A stretch of 64,000 nt of DNA from Lepidodermella squamata (GCA_047495785.1 JBLDXI010000026.1:1054001-1118000), one strand, 5' to 3'. Shown: positions 38,661 through 52,056, numbered from the stretch's first letter. Translations and numbers: made by a program. Notes: generated by a model from the letters alone, not told the origin.

Positions 38661-40105
38661 ATGATCAATACCGTTGTTATACTCTTGCTGAAATCCTTCA
38701 TCATAAAACCAGTGTTTGCCTGCTTTTCAGCCAGTGAGCTCAAGTAGGTCACATTTTTCGTTGTAGCAGGATTTGATTTAATTTTACCGCCTATTATCAG
38801 TTCGGCTATCGCCTATGCTAACAATGCTGGTCCGGCTAGGCGCGTTGTAACTACTACCACTACTACAACACCAAAACCTACGGTAGGCTGGCCGGTTCCA
38901 CATGCGCCAGATGCTCGGATTGCAACGTGTGGCCATTCGCGCTACTATCACAAAAACAATCGCCCAGGAGCTGGAATAGTGGGAGGCCACAATGCTGGGA
39001 TAAATCAGTAAACGAGCCAATGTTGTAGGAGTATCAAGCAATCTGTTCTCCCAACAGGTTCCCATGGATGGTCCGCTTATCGGTTCCTGTTGGAGCAGCA
39101 AAAGGTGGTGATGCTATTTACCCTACCGATGCATCGACATGCGGAGGAGTACTCATCAGTGAAAAGCACATACTCACAGCCGCAAGATGCTTACCGTAAG
39201 TTTGACTTTAAGATAAACCAGGCCTCAAGTAATTCCGAAAATTTTCTAGAGATTCCGTGTCGCCTGAGTAAGATTTTATCAGTGAAGCTTATCAGCTCGT
39301 AATGAGTCATTTTAAGATCTATAACTGCTTTCCTTGGCGATTACGATTCGGAAGCCATTGATGAAGGAGAGCTGATTCTTAGTATCGGTGCAGTTCTAAA
39401 ACATCCAAGTTACGACCCAGCAACGTTCCAACACGACATCGCCGTGCTTACTTTGTCTCGTAAGCAATATCGGGCTAAAATATTCGGCAAGAATTAAATT
39501 GACTGCTATCACAGAAAGTCTCAACTTCTCAACCTGGCAAGTCCAAAAAATCTGCCTACCTTACTCTTGCAACGACGGATGTGCTGCTGGGACCGACGCT
39601 TACATAGCTGGTTGGGGGATGAGCTCGACAAGTTGGTTAAATTATTTCCTCAAAGAAGACGTTACAAGATAATCTTTGATTATAGTTAACATATCCGAGC
39701 CATTGCCTCGAATTATGAAGGCTGCGGTAACGAAAATAGGATCGCATTTGGAATGCGAGTATCAGTACATGTTCAACAATCCGAGGATCACTCCGCAAAT
39801 GATTTGCGCTGGTTAGATTTTTCATCACCTTTAATTTATCTTGAAGAACCTCCTAATTTGTCAGGCACCCAGATAGGAGGTGTTGGATTCTGTGTATCTG
39901 ATTACGGTATTTGGTCTCGATTTTAATCCAATAACTTGACAACTTTTTTAAAGGAGGTCCATTGATGACTAATGAAAATGGATACTTCAAGCTATGTGGC
40001 ATTGCCAGCACCTCGAATGGATGCGGACTGCCGAACTTTTTCGGAATTTTCACTCGGGTCTGTACCGAGTTGGAATGGATTAGAACAGTGGCAAATGTTC
40101 AGTGA
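38661..40105 (+). CDS. Non-catalytic trypsin-fold (S1) serine protease homolog 1
   Basis: Signal peptide, Thr-rich linker, IVGG, QFPW, CGGVLI, TAARC (His to Arg), HDIAVL, CVSDYGGP (Ser to Tyr); multi-exon. Confidence 0.85.
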
Positions 40106-40318
40106 CAATCATTGATGAAAACTGAATAAAAGAATAACTAAGAGCCTGGGCTTTTCTCACTAATTTCATAAACGGATTAGCGGCAAATACTTGGATTTGT
40201 ACGGAAAAACTAGTCATAACAATACACTCTGTGTTATGTCAACAAATTATTTGTTGTTTTTTTATTGTAACAGTGAAGGTGAAAAATTTCAACACGTGTA
40301 TTATATTTTATATCAACT

Positions 40319-41764
40319 ATGAAAGTTATATTCGTTGCCATTATTCATTGTGTACTTTTCTACGAAGAGATATCTGCATGTCTGTCATCGTCAACAAGCG
40401 CAGTGTTAGCTTAAAGTGACCTCGAATGACCATCATTTTTAGCGGCTTTTTTCCATGAAAATAGATCGAATCCTCGGCCTTTGGTGCCGGCGCCGAGTCC
40501 TCGAACACGCAAGACGACAACTTTGGCCCCGGCAACTGAAGCAACAACACTTGCAAGCGTTAATTTCGATTCTACTCCTTTAGCCCCATCAGCCATTGTA
40601 TCTACCTGTGGCCATTCGAAGTACTACAACACAAACAGTACTCCAGGAGCTGGAATAATTAACGGCGTAGCAGCAATTCCTAATCAGTTTCGTTGCAATT
40701 TTCCTTATGAAATCATGAGAATCTCAATTCTTGACAATTCTTGACAGGTATCCATGGCTTGTTCGATTGAAGATCCCGATCGACTATTATGGCTCAAGTT
40801 ATAACAACTGCGTTGCTACCGTGATTGGAGATCGTTGGTTGCTAACAGCTGCTCAATGCTTAGTGTAAGACTTATCGCAATTTTGATCTATGACCATTCT
40901 CTTATTCTCAATACTTCAAGCGACGGCTCTAATGTGACGTAAGTTCTGCATTGGATCAAAATAGGGTGTGAATTGAGGTGGACTGACAGAAATATAACTG
41001 CTGTCTTTGGGGATTTGGACCAAACTTCGCCGGACTCTGGTGAATTTTCTATGGTCGTTGATGCGGTCGCAAAGCATCCGAATTACGATGCACGGACGTA
41101 TAACAATGACATCGCAATCATTCGCCTAAGAGGTCTGATGTCACATTTTGTGCGAATAATCAAAAAATATTCCAAACGGCAGATAAATTGGACTTCAGTC
41201 AGAGCTGGGTCGTCCAACCGCTCTGCTTACCTTACTCCTGCAGTGATGGTTGTGCGGTTGGACAAGCAGCCTACATCGCAGGCTGGGGATTGCAAAATCA
41301 GAGTAAGAACTCTAATTTCGAATATACTAGCATAAATTCAGGTTTTTAGATATTACCACCTATCCGAGTTATTTGTACACCGCCATCGTCACAATACAAT
41401 CAACGACAGATTGTCAGGCACAATATTCATCAATCGGTCCTGTGATAACCTCATTAAAACTATGTGCAGGTAATTTTAAATTTCAAACCCCAAAATCGAT
41501 TGCTTACCCCAAAATAAGGTCCAGCAAGCGGCGGTAAAGGATTCTGCACAGGAGACACAGGTGAGTGGTCAATATGTAATCTTAATGCAGTCTTAATGCA
41601 GGAGTAATGCAGGTGGACCGCTTATGGTGAATGAGAATGGGTTCTACAAGTTGTGTGGAATGGTCAGTCACAGTTTTGGATGTGCAACGGCGGGTTATTT
41701 CGGGGTGTATTCTAGAATTTGTGCAGCCGTACCTTGGATTAAAGTAGTCACCGGCATTTCTTAG
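40319..41764 (+). CDS. Non-catalytic trypsin-fold (S1) serine protease homolog 2
   Basis: IING, QYPW, TAAQC (His to Gln), NDIAII, CTGDTGGP (Ser to Thr); intron positions match homolog 1. The first splice junction is uncertain. Confidence 0.85.
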
Positions 41765-41866
41765 TGAAACTGTCGCACTGAGAGCCGTCTACCTCATATA
41801 GAACAATTTTCAATAATTGCAACAACACTATTTAATTCGTGAACAAATCATTACAAAATAAAACGA

Positions 41867-44800
41867 TCAGAAAAAATGTTCTTCGCATTCAAAAACGTAG
41901 AAAGATTGAACAAGGGATTTACAAGGAACTTCTGATGGTAAGCAGCCATTCGATGACGCGGTATTTCTTTTGATATGATGATTGTGATGGCCACTGCATT
42001 CGATTGGGACGCTGCAGTTGCGAGTAAAGCTAGTTGCGCTGATTGCAGAATCGGGCGAGGAAGTGTTGTCAGTTGCGATAAAAACACTATCTACGTCACC
42101 GGCTGAGCAATCACGTGATCTAACGCGAAAATTCCCAATATCTAATCAGCTGCTTAAATCAAATGTAAACTTACGTGAGAACTGACGAAGTTCCCGATTC
42201 TGATACCCCACTTTCGTTGGATAAAGATGACCTCTTGCTGCCTAGAGTTTTCGCAGCTTGAAAATCTGTCGCGACTTCAGAACCAGTGCAGCTGTAACTT
42301 GAATGGGACAAATCAAAAGAAACCGGGGCTGGAGCTTGGGAAGATTTTGGGCCATTCTGGTCGTAAGAGTCAGCTGCCGCTTCTAATTGCTGCGGATCGT
42401 TATACTGATCGGTATCCTGGCGATATAAAAAATCAAACTGAAAGATAAAGAACAGCAGTCGATTGTACCCCTTCATTAGCGTCCATCAATCGCTCCTGAT
42501 TGGCTAATAGGGCTTCAGTTAGAACAACCAACTCTGAAAACAGTGGTCTGACAGATGAATGCTCGTCCCAGCACGATTGCATTAGATTGTAAGCGCATTC
42601 TGGGATTGACGGCCATTTCGGAAGACGCTGTCTGTCTTCGCATACGAGACGTTTCAAAGTCATTCCATCGATTCCAGGATAAGGCCTCGCACCTTTTGTG
42701 AACAGTTCCCACATCACCACACCGTATGCCCACTATTATAAAGAGTAGATTGCGGAATAATTGCTAAAAATTCATAAAACATACCACGTCAGACTTTTCC
42801 GAGTAGGTGCTGAAGAGCAGGCTCTCAGGAGCCATCCAACCTATAGGCATAGGCCTACCATGAGTTGTGACTATATAACTCGGCATTTCATAAACTTCAT
42901 CGCGACCCTGAGAAAGCCGTGATAGTCCAAAATCTGCAACTTTTACGATGTTCTGCCTGTTAAGTCTAAAAAATCAAAGTTAAATGGACTGCCATTATAG
43001 CAAATGACCGAACTTACAAGCAGTTACGAGCCGCCAAATCTCTGTGGATAATTTCTTTTGAGGCTAAATACGCCATGCCCCGAGCGATTTGACAAGCAAA
43101 ATCCATAAGTCGAACATTGTCAAGACTTATAGCTTCGTTTTGAACGAATTTCTTCAAATCACCAGCATCCATTAGTGGTAGTACTACAGCTGGCAAGCCC
43201 TCCAGGTTGGTAACGCCGAAAGAAAACAACACGTTTGCATGATCGAACGACAGCATTAGGACCGCTTCTTGGAAGAAGTCTTTAACGTGTTCCTCGGACT
43301 TTGTCCCGCCATCCTGCATCAATTTAATGGCAACTGGTTCTATTTTCGCCTCGTTGCCTTTCTTTTTACATCCTGGAGTAATCAGGGCGCCGATTCGAAC
43401 GACTCCGAAGAATCCATTTCCAAGCTCCAACCCTTGGCTGATTCGTCCAGGGTCTATCATATTGTTCTTCACAACCTCCCTTGTGTCTCTGGGTAGAAGC
43501 GAGATAATCTGGGAGAATTCGTCCAATTTAGGACTCGGCGGGCTGAGATTCACGTTTTCCTGGCGTTTGGGGATGATACATTTCAGACCAGGAAAAGCTT
43601 TTTGCAAGTATGTTGATGCTCGATAAGCGCATGGCGATGAGTGGTATCGTAAGCAGCAAGAAAACACACTAGCTGCAATTGCCACAATGAAAACGATGCA
43701 AATCGGGACAACAATGGCCGCAATGACTTCTGCCGAACTCCCGGAGCTGGAAAATGAGGCCGGATTCTGCGTTACACCGCTTAAACGATTCGGATCGATA
43801 AGAGGGTAAGAAACAGTGCCATTATACCGCCAGTTGCCGTTGATTACAGTTACGTCGACGGATATGTCTTTCTGAGCTAGTAACTTTGATTTTCCGTGAA
43901 CTTCTTCCAGGACATTCAGCAGAGTATAATTGTCGAAATCGCAGAATAGTTGAGTGTCATTGTTCTCCATATGATTCCGACCCGCGAACGAACTACTGAG
44001 TGCAGTCAGAAAACAGTTCACTCGACCGTCAACTAATGAGAAACGGTAAGCATGCGCCAGCTGCATTAACTCCCCATTGAGACCGCGGCCCTACAATCAA
44101 ATAGAGTTACCTTAACTGGAACTAATATAGAACAGAAGCGGAAAGGAAAGGAAAGGAAAGGAAAGGAAAGGAAAGGAAAGGAAAGGAAAGGAAAGGAAAG
44201 GAAAGGAAAGGAAAGGAAAGGAAAGGAAAGGAAAGGAAAGGAAAGGAAAGGAAAGGAAAGGAAAGGAAAATTTAACAAACCGAGAACTTCAGCCGCTGTG
44301 CAGAGTGGATTGAGATTCCTCGAATAAACGGATCTGGATAGTAGATGGCCGACTGAGCAGTCCTCAACATGGTAAGTGCCTCATAGCTGCGCAGAAATTC
44401 CTGGGTTTCGTCAGCTATCCTGCAAAAGCCAAGCCGTTCTTCATCGCCTTCCACCGTGTAACAAACACGGCTGTTACCCCAAGAGTATTTACACCCCTCG
44501 ATCAAAGGCTCAACTTGAAGTGGCGACTTGATCATGTCAGTCGAAGAATTCGGGAAAAATTGGGAAATATCTGGGAAAGGACAATTTATCAACTCTCGCT
44601 TTACAATGCATTGCTGGTCGATGACTTGATCTGCAATGAACGGAGAGCCATTGGTTTCTTCAAAGTAATGAAACAGCAGTTTTGCAGAGTTGAAGACGTA
44701 GTCGGAGCTCCTGCAGAGCCGAATTTGCATCTCGCTGCCTCCACTGAAGAACGAATTCTTCGCTTCGATGTAAACAATAGCAGGTCGTGAAGTAGATCTC

Positions 44801-44886
44801 GTGTCGATTTGGTCTTTCATCCTAGTTGGTTTCAGCCCGCTCGCGCCGAGGGAAATTCCGAACACGAGCGCCCACACAAACAACAT
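41867..44886 (-). CDS. MET/RON-like receptor tyrosine kinase with short IPT-type ectodomain
   Basis: Signal peptide at 44886, IPT-like PAIVYIEAKNSFFSGGS, one TM, GNGFFG, VAIK, HRDLAARNC, DFGLSR, WMAPES, SDVW; six exons with consistent phases where checked. Confidence 0.8.
44140..44269 (+). repeat. (GGAAA)26 microsatellite in RTK intron 1
   Basis: Perfect pentamer run. Confidence 0.97.
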
Positions 44887-45129
44887 TTCGATGCTCAATT
44901 ACTCCATTAGACAGTATAAGGACCTAATAGCAGCATGTCTAAAGATGAAATAATGACGATAATGATAATCTGCAGTGATGACTCGCTATAAGCTGAAGTA
45001 AACACATCAGCACTTGAAACGCCGCGAAACAGGATTGGCTCATGTTAGCAACCGCTCACGTGAACAAATACTCTCAGCCAAACTACCATGTTTTATTTGA
45101 AATTGTGTTTTTTGTCATGAAAAAGTAGT

Positions 45130-45706
45130 TCAGCTTCGTAAGGACTCCTTATCATGTTCTCCTTTTTCAATTTCCCTGCTGTAATTGAAACGCCCTCCAA
45201 GGGCATATCTACAGACCACGAAATGGATCACTCCTGTGGTGAATCGGAAGCAGCTTACTGCAAGAACGTAGAAAGTAGCCTTCTTCGGGAGAATTAATTC
45301 TAAAGGAATTTCACTATGTTCATTGATTTTGCTCGTGGTTGTTATAGAAACCACTGAGATGATAGCTGACCCGAACAGTATTATCAGAATAGCGATTCCC
45401 ATTACTGAAAAATACAAAGCGGACGCGTGATGATAACTGGGTTCTATATGAAGTTTTACCATGTTTTACAGAAAACTTGAACAGGACGCAGATCCATATC
45501 AAAATTATATTCAAAATTGAGACAACTATGGTACAGCTGAAAGTTATGCGGAAGTCTTCAATCAGACTCGAGATATGCCTGGTTTGAGAATGTCTAGACA
45601 CTCCGTCGATGCGAATGAGTCCCAGGACAGCATTGCTAAGCAGAAATCCAACGAATAGGAAATCGATCAGAATTGAAGAGCTGACGAGTTTGTGTAACTC
45701 TGACAT
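45130..45706 (-). CDS. Four-TM protein, copy 2
   Basis: Exons 45706-45460 and 45404-45130; 55-nt phase-1 intron after TM2. Confidence 0.7.
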
Positions 45707-45773
45707 TTCCCACTAAATTCGAATCATGAAATACCTTTTTAAAACAAATTTGAGGAGGACTTTTTACTCAATC

Positions 45774-46303
45774 TCAGAAAAAGCTGCTCAGAAGTATTGC
45801 TAACATTAAAAGGGACAATTTGGTTTGTTTAGCGTGTGAAGTCGGTTCCACAGCTCCATTACAGTTGTCCTTGTCTGAACAACAATAAATGTCGACGGTT
45901 TTTCCTTCAGCTTTCAAGTTCATTGGCATGCAGTTTGTTTCGCAGGCTAGAATGATAATCTGTCCACCGCTGTTCAAAGCAGATGGCGGTACTGTTGTGA
46001 CAGATTTCTAAGTTTCGAACACACGTAAATTTCGAAGAAAAATGAAATTTTTTCAACTCACAGAACAAGCTCCATCGGTAACGCAGGAGGTATTTTCGAT
46101 TTTCATGTCCAAAACAGGCGGCAGAGTAACTGTGGTTCCATTTACAACGGCATAACCGGATACAACGCAAGTCAGCGCATCTGAAAGATGAATGATGAGC
46201 AAACTGGAATTTTACACGTTGCTATACCATGTCACTTACTTGAATGGTTAAACCAGTAGGTAGCAAATACTAAAACCAGGCCGTAAAAACCGAGGCACCT
46301 CAT
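45774..46303 (-). CDS. Ly6/uPAR (three-finger) GPI-anchored protein 1
   Basis: Three exons; signal peptide, ALTC, YCCSDKDNCN, hydrophobic tail. Confidence 0.85.
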
Positions 46304-46589
46304 GTTATTTTGCAATGGCGTAAATAGCGTATAGAAATCTGCATTTTATTCTCAGCTCTCTCATTTCTTTTCTTTTCACAGCAACCATCAAATTTATGCA
46401 CGGGGCGAGAACTCAGTGCAACTTCTACTGCTGAATGAATAGTCGTGCTTTCAAAAAAGCTAGGTTGACATACCTGAGCAAATAAAACACGTGGCCTATC
46501 TGAAAGTTCAGCAACATATTTTAATAGTTTGATGATTCGAGGCACGATCAAAAGTAAATTCAATTGATTGAATCTGAGCCCGAAATTTT

Positions 46590-47083
46590 TCACCATAATA
46601 AGCGAATTTGACCAGCGTAAATCGGGATTTGGGTCGCGATGAAAAAGGGCGAAGCCGCATTGCAGTAGTCTTTGTCCTTGCAGCAGTAGACCTCAACTTT
46701 GACAATTCCAACGTAGACAGAAGTCGCAGCGCATTCGCTGGCAGCCGCGGATGATCTCCTGGCCGCCGCCGCCATTTGGCAAGGAAAAAGTTCCTATTCT
46801 TTCCTATTATAAGAAGATGAAAATTTATTATTTTGGTCTTCGGTCACTATCAAAGTGGTTTTACCGAGCAGACACCGCTTGTGACGCATGTTCCATTTGT
46901 AATAGTTATAGGCTTTTTAGTCTTAGTAATTGGCCCGGTCGTAACTTGATAGGCTTTGCAAATAATGGCATCTGAAAAAAAGCAAATGAACCGTTGTTTC
47001 CCGGTAACATTTTTGTGAATAATACCAGAGGAGGCATCGAAAATCACGACTAGCATAACGCCGATGACAACGATTGATTTCAT
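46590..47083 (-). pseudogene. Ly6/three-finger protein 2, frameshifted
   Basis: YCCKDKDYCN is present but the frame shifts near 46737, between IIRGCQ and ECAATSV. Confidence 0.65.
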
Positions 47084-47272
47084 TAAACACCCCCCAAAGA
47101 AATCCTGAAAGTGTCCTCCGGTTACAAATTTTCTGCGTACCATCAACTTTAAACGCATTCTAAGGCTATTTTCAGCTTGAAAATGCCCGAAAAAGCGTCA
47201 GCGCCTCGCAAATAGGCTTTCTAGGTGTTTTTAGACCCCGAAATTTTCGAAGCCACAGGTAGAAAAAATTAC

Positions 47273-47748
47273 GGAGTGGATATTCGTACTTAAATAAGTA
47301 CGCATTTTTTGATATTCGTACTTAAACGGCTTTCCGCTTACGTAATGTTCGAAATTTTTCGACCATAATATTCAGCTTTTAAAACTGAGTAAGAATCATA
47401 TCTCACCCAGAAAGTTGAGATAGCTTGGACTTGTCAAATTTGATGGCAAAATCTGGAGTTTCTCCCTATTTTCATCAAGTTGGATCTAAGGTTCAGGACC
47501 TTTTAGGTTTCCTGAGCTTTCCAACCCTAATTTCATGTTTTTGGATGCAAATTTGACAAGTCCAAGTTATCTCAGCCTCCTGGGTGAGATATGATTCTTA
47601 CTCAGTTTTAAAAGCTGAATATTATGGTCGAAAAATTTCGAACATTACGTAAGCGGAAAGCTGCTTAAGTACGAATATCAAATAACGCATACTTATTTAA
47701 GTATGAATATAATAAACGCGTACTTATTTAAGCAGGAATATAACGACC
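47273..47748. mobile_element. Palindromic MITE with long inverted arms
   Basis: ~47280-47445 is a near-exact reverse complement of ~47545-47710; repeated TATTCGTACTTAAA subterminal motif. Confidence 0.8.
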
Positions 47749-48230
47749 CAAAAAATTATCAGTCAGTTTTTGTCAATAAAATTTAAATTTCACCATCAAA
47801 TTGGGGCTTTAATTGATTTTCTCTCCAACAAATCAGAAATACCTGCTAAATTAGTCGAATGCTGTTCGAATAATAGCCAAATGGCGCGCCATACCTTTAG
47901 CGTAGGAGATAAAAGCCTGTCCATGTCCTCTGTGAAATGCAGCTAAATTCGAAATCTGAACATCTGAAAGACATTGTTTCATTTGCATCTTTTGAAGAGC
48001 CATTATTCGTAGGGCGATGTCTCAGTGAATTTTCCACTGCAAATTATAGTGGGCGTGCTGTATAGTATAAAAGCTACATACCTGATAACGCATAATAATA
48101 AAAAACGCGAGACCGATCAGAATTTTCAGTGACAGAGTTTAATATCAAGTGCAATCACGGTGGGATCAAAAATAAATTGATATGAGACTAAGATTCGTTT
48201 TTCTTTATACATCTATATGTGTTAGGATGT

Positions 48231-48741
48231 TCACCATAATAAGCGAACCAGTGCAGCGAGAAGCGGGATTTGGCTCGCGGTTAGCAAGAGTGAATCAGCC
48301 GCATTGCAGTAGTCTTTATCCTTGCAGCAGTAGACGTCAATGGAAAGAAATCCAGCGTCGACAGAACCCGCAGTACAGTTGTTGGGGGCCTCACACGCGC
48401 GGGTGATTATTTGGCCGCTGCCACCTTTCGGCGTTAACACGGTTTTCTATCATGTAACAGTAGCTATAGAATGCTAACAAATTGATCAGTTTCACAAAGG
48501 TTTTACCGAGCATGAACCGCTCGTGGTGCATGTCCCATTTGTTGTCACGCCCGTTGGTAGAGGTGTCGTAATGTTAGTAGCAAATAAGCCGCTCGTGGTC
48601 ACCGTGATATTGCAAACAAGGGCATCTGCAAAAATGAAATCATATGAACCTTCTATTCCCCTCGTAAATTCCAGCGAAAATAATACCAGTAGAGGCAGCG
48701 AAAATCGCGACCAGCATAATGCTAACGAAAATTGATTCCAT
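48231..48741 (-). CDS. Ly6/three-finger protein 3
   Basis: Three exons; ALVC, YCCKDKDYCN, GPI-type tail ending RLLW. Confidence 0.85.
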
Positions 48742-50040
48742 TTTTTTGCTTCAAATTATTTTGATAGAGCAAATGCTTCTGAGAAAAATATCCAGGTAAC
48801 TGAGTAAATCGCGACTAGACGGACGGTCTAAAAGGAGCTGTCATATCAATCTAAATAGCTACAATTCATTGCGACCTCAATAGGACTTGCGAGCACTGAA
48901 AAGGCGCTTCAAAAAGGCTTTTGTATGAGCATGAAATATATCTATAACTTGTAAGTCATTTTTTTCAGTTTTTTCAATATTTACGCAGTCCATTGAGATG
49001 AGGCTAATTTTGGAAAACGTTAACGATGCAATTTTTTCGCTTCATAGGCAGGATGACAAGGTGCCTAGAAAAGTTTATTTTTATCATACTAGTATTGGAC
49101 TTAAATGAGTACTCGTTTTTGACCATTCGTAATAAGTTTGAAACTAAGTCTTATACTTCACCTGGATGGAAAAACGATCTGGCCCTATCTTACTTGCTGT
49201 GAAAAACCTTATTTTATTTTTGTTTGTTTTATTTTATCATTACAACTTAATCTTGAGCTAGCTGACCTTTCCGAAAGGTTCCATTGACTTCATCACCTAA
49301 AATTCATCCACCTGAATCGCTTATTCCAACCAGGTGAAGTATGAGTTTTACTCTGTTTCACTTGTGGATTACTTTGAGCAAAATATTTTCAATTATCCCG
49401 CTACTGCTGGAACCCCTTCCAATTACGAAGTGCAAACATACAGACCCTAAAATTAATATCAATCATCAGAATGGTAATTAGTAGATACTGAAACTTGGCA
49501 ACAAGGCGAGAAAAATACGGATAATTTCTACGCAATCGGCTTAATTACCGAACCACTTACCATCGTTCGCAAAAATGCGATTTCCATCTTTTGAACTTCA
49601 CACATTTTTAATACCGTATTTCATTAAATGATTCATGTTTGTGGCTGTGATTGTCATAAGTTTCATAGGCTGATTTTAATAGCTGGTGTTAGTTTGCTTC
49701 TCGCCGTCGGCCTCTCCGCATTCACCAGATGGGCCAGATGGGAAGTAATTTTTCCTGCTTCTCATACATGATAAAGAGATTACGCGATAAATTTGAATTC
49801 GAAATTCGGCAAAAAATTGATGCGAGCAGTAAAATTTATTTTTCGAAAAATCATGAGCTGTATTTACAATGATCTATACAGATTCATGCAGATCGACGAA
49901 ATTTTATTTTTGTTGCCAGTTTCATGCACCTTTTCCCAGTTTGAGGCATTTAGAAGAGCCCGCATTTAAGGTTTTCCAGAGTTCAGATAAAAGATAACCA
50001 GCTTTATCCAGCTTGATTATATAGTGAGTCGGTGATTTGT

Positions 50041-50550
50041 TTACCATAGCAACCGAATTAGCCCGGCGAATACCGGGATTTGGCCGGCGATGAAGAGGGT
50101 TGAAACAGCTGCATTACAGTAGTCTTTATCCTTGCAGCAGTAGATGTCAACATAGCCTATCCCTACGTCGACAGAATTCGTAGTGCAGTTGGCGCGTTCG
50201 CAGCCGCGGCTGGTCACTTGGCCGCCGCCGAATTTCGACGACAGCGTTGTTATGGTTTTCTTTCAAATAACAGCAGAACAATTAGTAAATTTATCCGTTA
50301 TTGTAACCACCAGTTTTTACTGAGCAAGAACCGCTTGTAATGCATGTTCCGTTTGAAGTCATGTTCATGCTCATAGTTGAAGGCGTTGTCAAACCTGTCA
50401 GCTGGCCGGTCGAGGTTATGGTGACGTTGCAAACGATGGCATCTGGAAAATAATCAAATGAACTGTCTTTCCTTGACAAATTTAAGCAAATATACCTGAG
50501 GCGACAGCGAAAATCGCGACCAGAATAATTCTAACGAAAATTGAATCCAT
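50041..50550 (-). CDS. Ly6/three-finger protein 4
   Basis: Three exons; AIVC, YCCKDKDYCN, RLLW stop. Confidence 0.8.
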
Positions 50551-52056
50551 TTTTTGTGTTAACGCGTAACTTTTTGATGGAGCAAAAGAAAAATAACTGA
50601 ACAGGTATAACTGAGAAAATTCCGACCAGACGGTCGCTTTAAAAGGAGTCGTCAAATAAAATTGGAACTAATACCATTCATTGCATCTCAATGGAACTTG
50701 CGCTGAAAAAGCTGTTGTATAAACATACTTACAGTTTAAACTTCAGGCCGTGAGTTTTTTCAATATTTGCGAAGTCCACTGAGGTGAAGCTAATTTTGGC
50801 AAACGCTTTAACGATGCCAGCTTCCATCGCCTGCTCGAAAGCCAGACGTGGAAGATGTGATTTAAAATCAAATGTGGAAGAATATAATAAATCTAAATTG
50901 ATATGAGGATGAAAAGTGCGAGTAATAATCAATTACTAGGTCATTAATGCGAATTATTCAAAATTGGATAAAAAAATGAATATTTCCGAACATTTGAAAA
51001 GCTTATATGCCATCAATTCCATAAAATTTTGGTCGATGTGGCTTTCCAACCGTTTCAAATAAGACGATTTCTCTATCGATTTTCGGCCTTTTTCCAGAAG
51101 GTTCCTCCCCTCTCAAAAATCCAAAAACCGGTATGAATCAGGTGTGAAATCGGGTCGTTTTGGACTTTTGGCCGAGCCGCCGAGTTTCACAAGACGAATT
51201 GACCCAAACTTTGGACTTTCTTTTCATTTTATAGATATCTTCACGCATTTTCAAGCATTATTGGCCGTTCTAGCAGTATCGGACATTTCTTTATCCAAGC
51301 TACTTAGTGGCCTACGTTGAGCCACGGAATCCACAAAATAGCTATTTTCTGGGCTAAAAATTGATGATGTCGCGATTAGGTAGATTTTCCAAGATGTTAT
51401 TAGCATGTTAAATATTTCTTAAAAAGAAGAACAATTCTGAACTTGTGTTAGATTCACGTTGACCGAGCGTCGTTTTTCACTTTTCAAGAAATGAAAAGTT
51501 GGACTACAAAAAAGTTACCCGATTCTAACAATTTTTAGCCAAATCAATGGCGATTAATTTTGTGGATTAGTCGGTTCCACTAAGTATATGACAGGTGTCG
51601 ATTCTATAGTTTGACTGTTGCGATGGAAACATTTCTGGAAACTATTTCATTTTCTTCTTTTTTTAAATTACTAACCCACCGACATTTGCGCAGAAGACAA
51701 TTGAGCAGATATCAGCTACTGGGGGGCTTTTGTTCTGTTTCATTATTAGCAAAAATGCTCAAGAAATGCTTTTGGGAATCAATGTCAAATAGCATACTGA
51801 ATCTACTAAAGTGAGTTTGTCAATAACTATCCCTTTTTCCGTTATGATTCGCTCCTAGCATGATAGCAATAAAAATTCCAAACCAAATTCTTTCACTAAA
51901 AAATCTCTCATCACCTTGACATATGTACTATGTACTTGGATACTGTTTTATTCAGCAAAATGCATCGAAAGTTATTTTTTCAAAAATTCGAGGTCTCTCT
52001 CAAAGCGAGATCTTGATCTCGTTATCAACATAAGACTTGGATGGGGGTGGCCGTTT

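Noticed and set aside
44066-44278. ORF with FPFLS repeats
   Set aside because: Translation of an intronic (GGAAA)n microsatellite.
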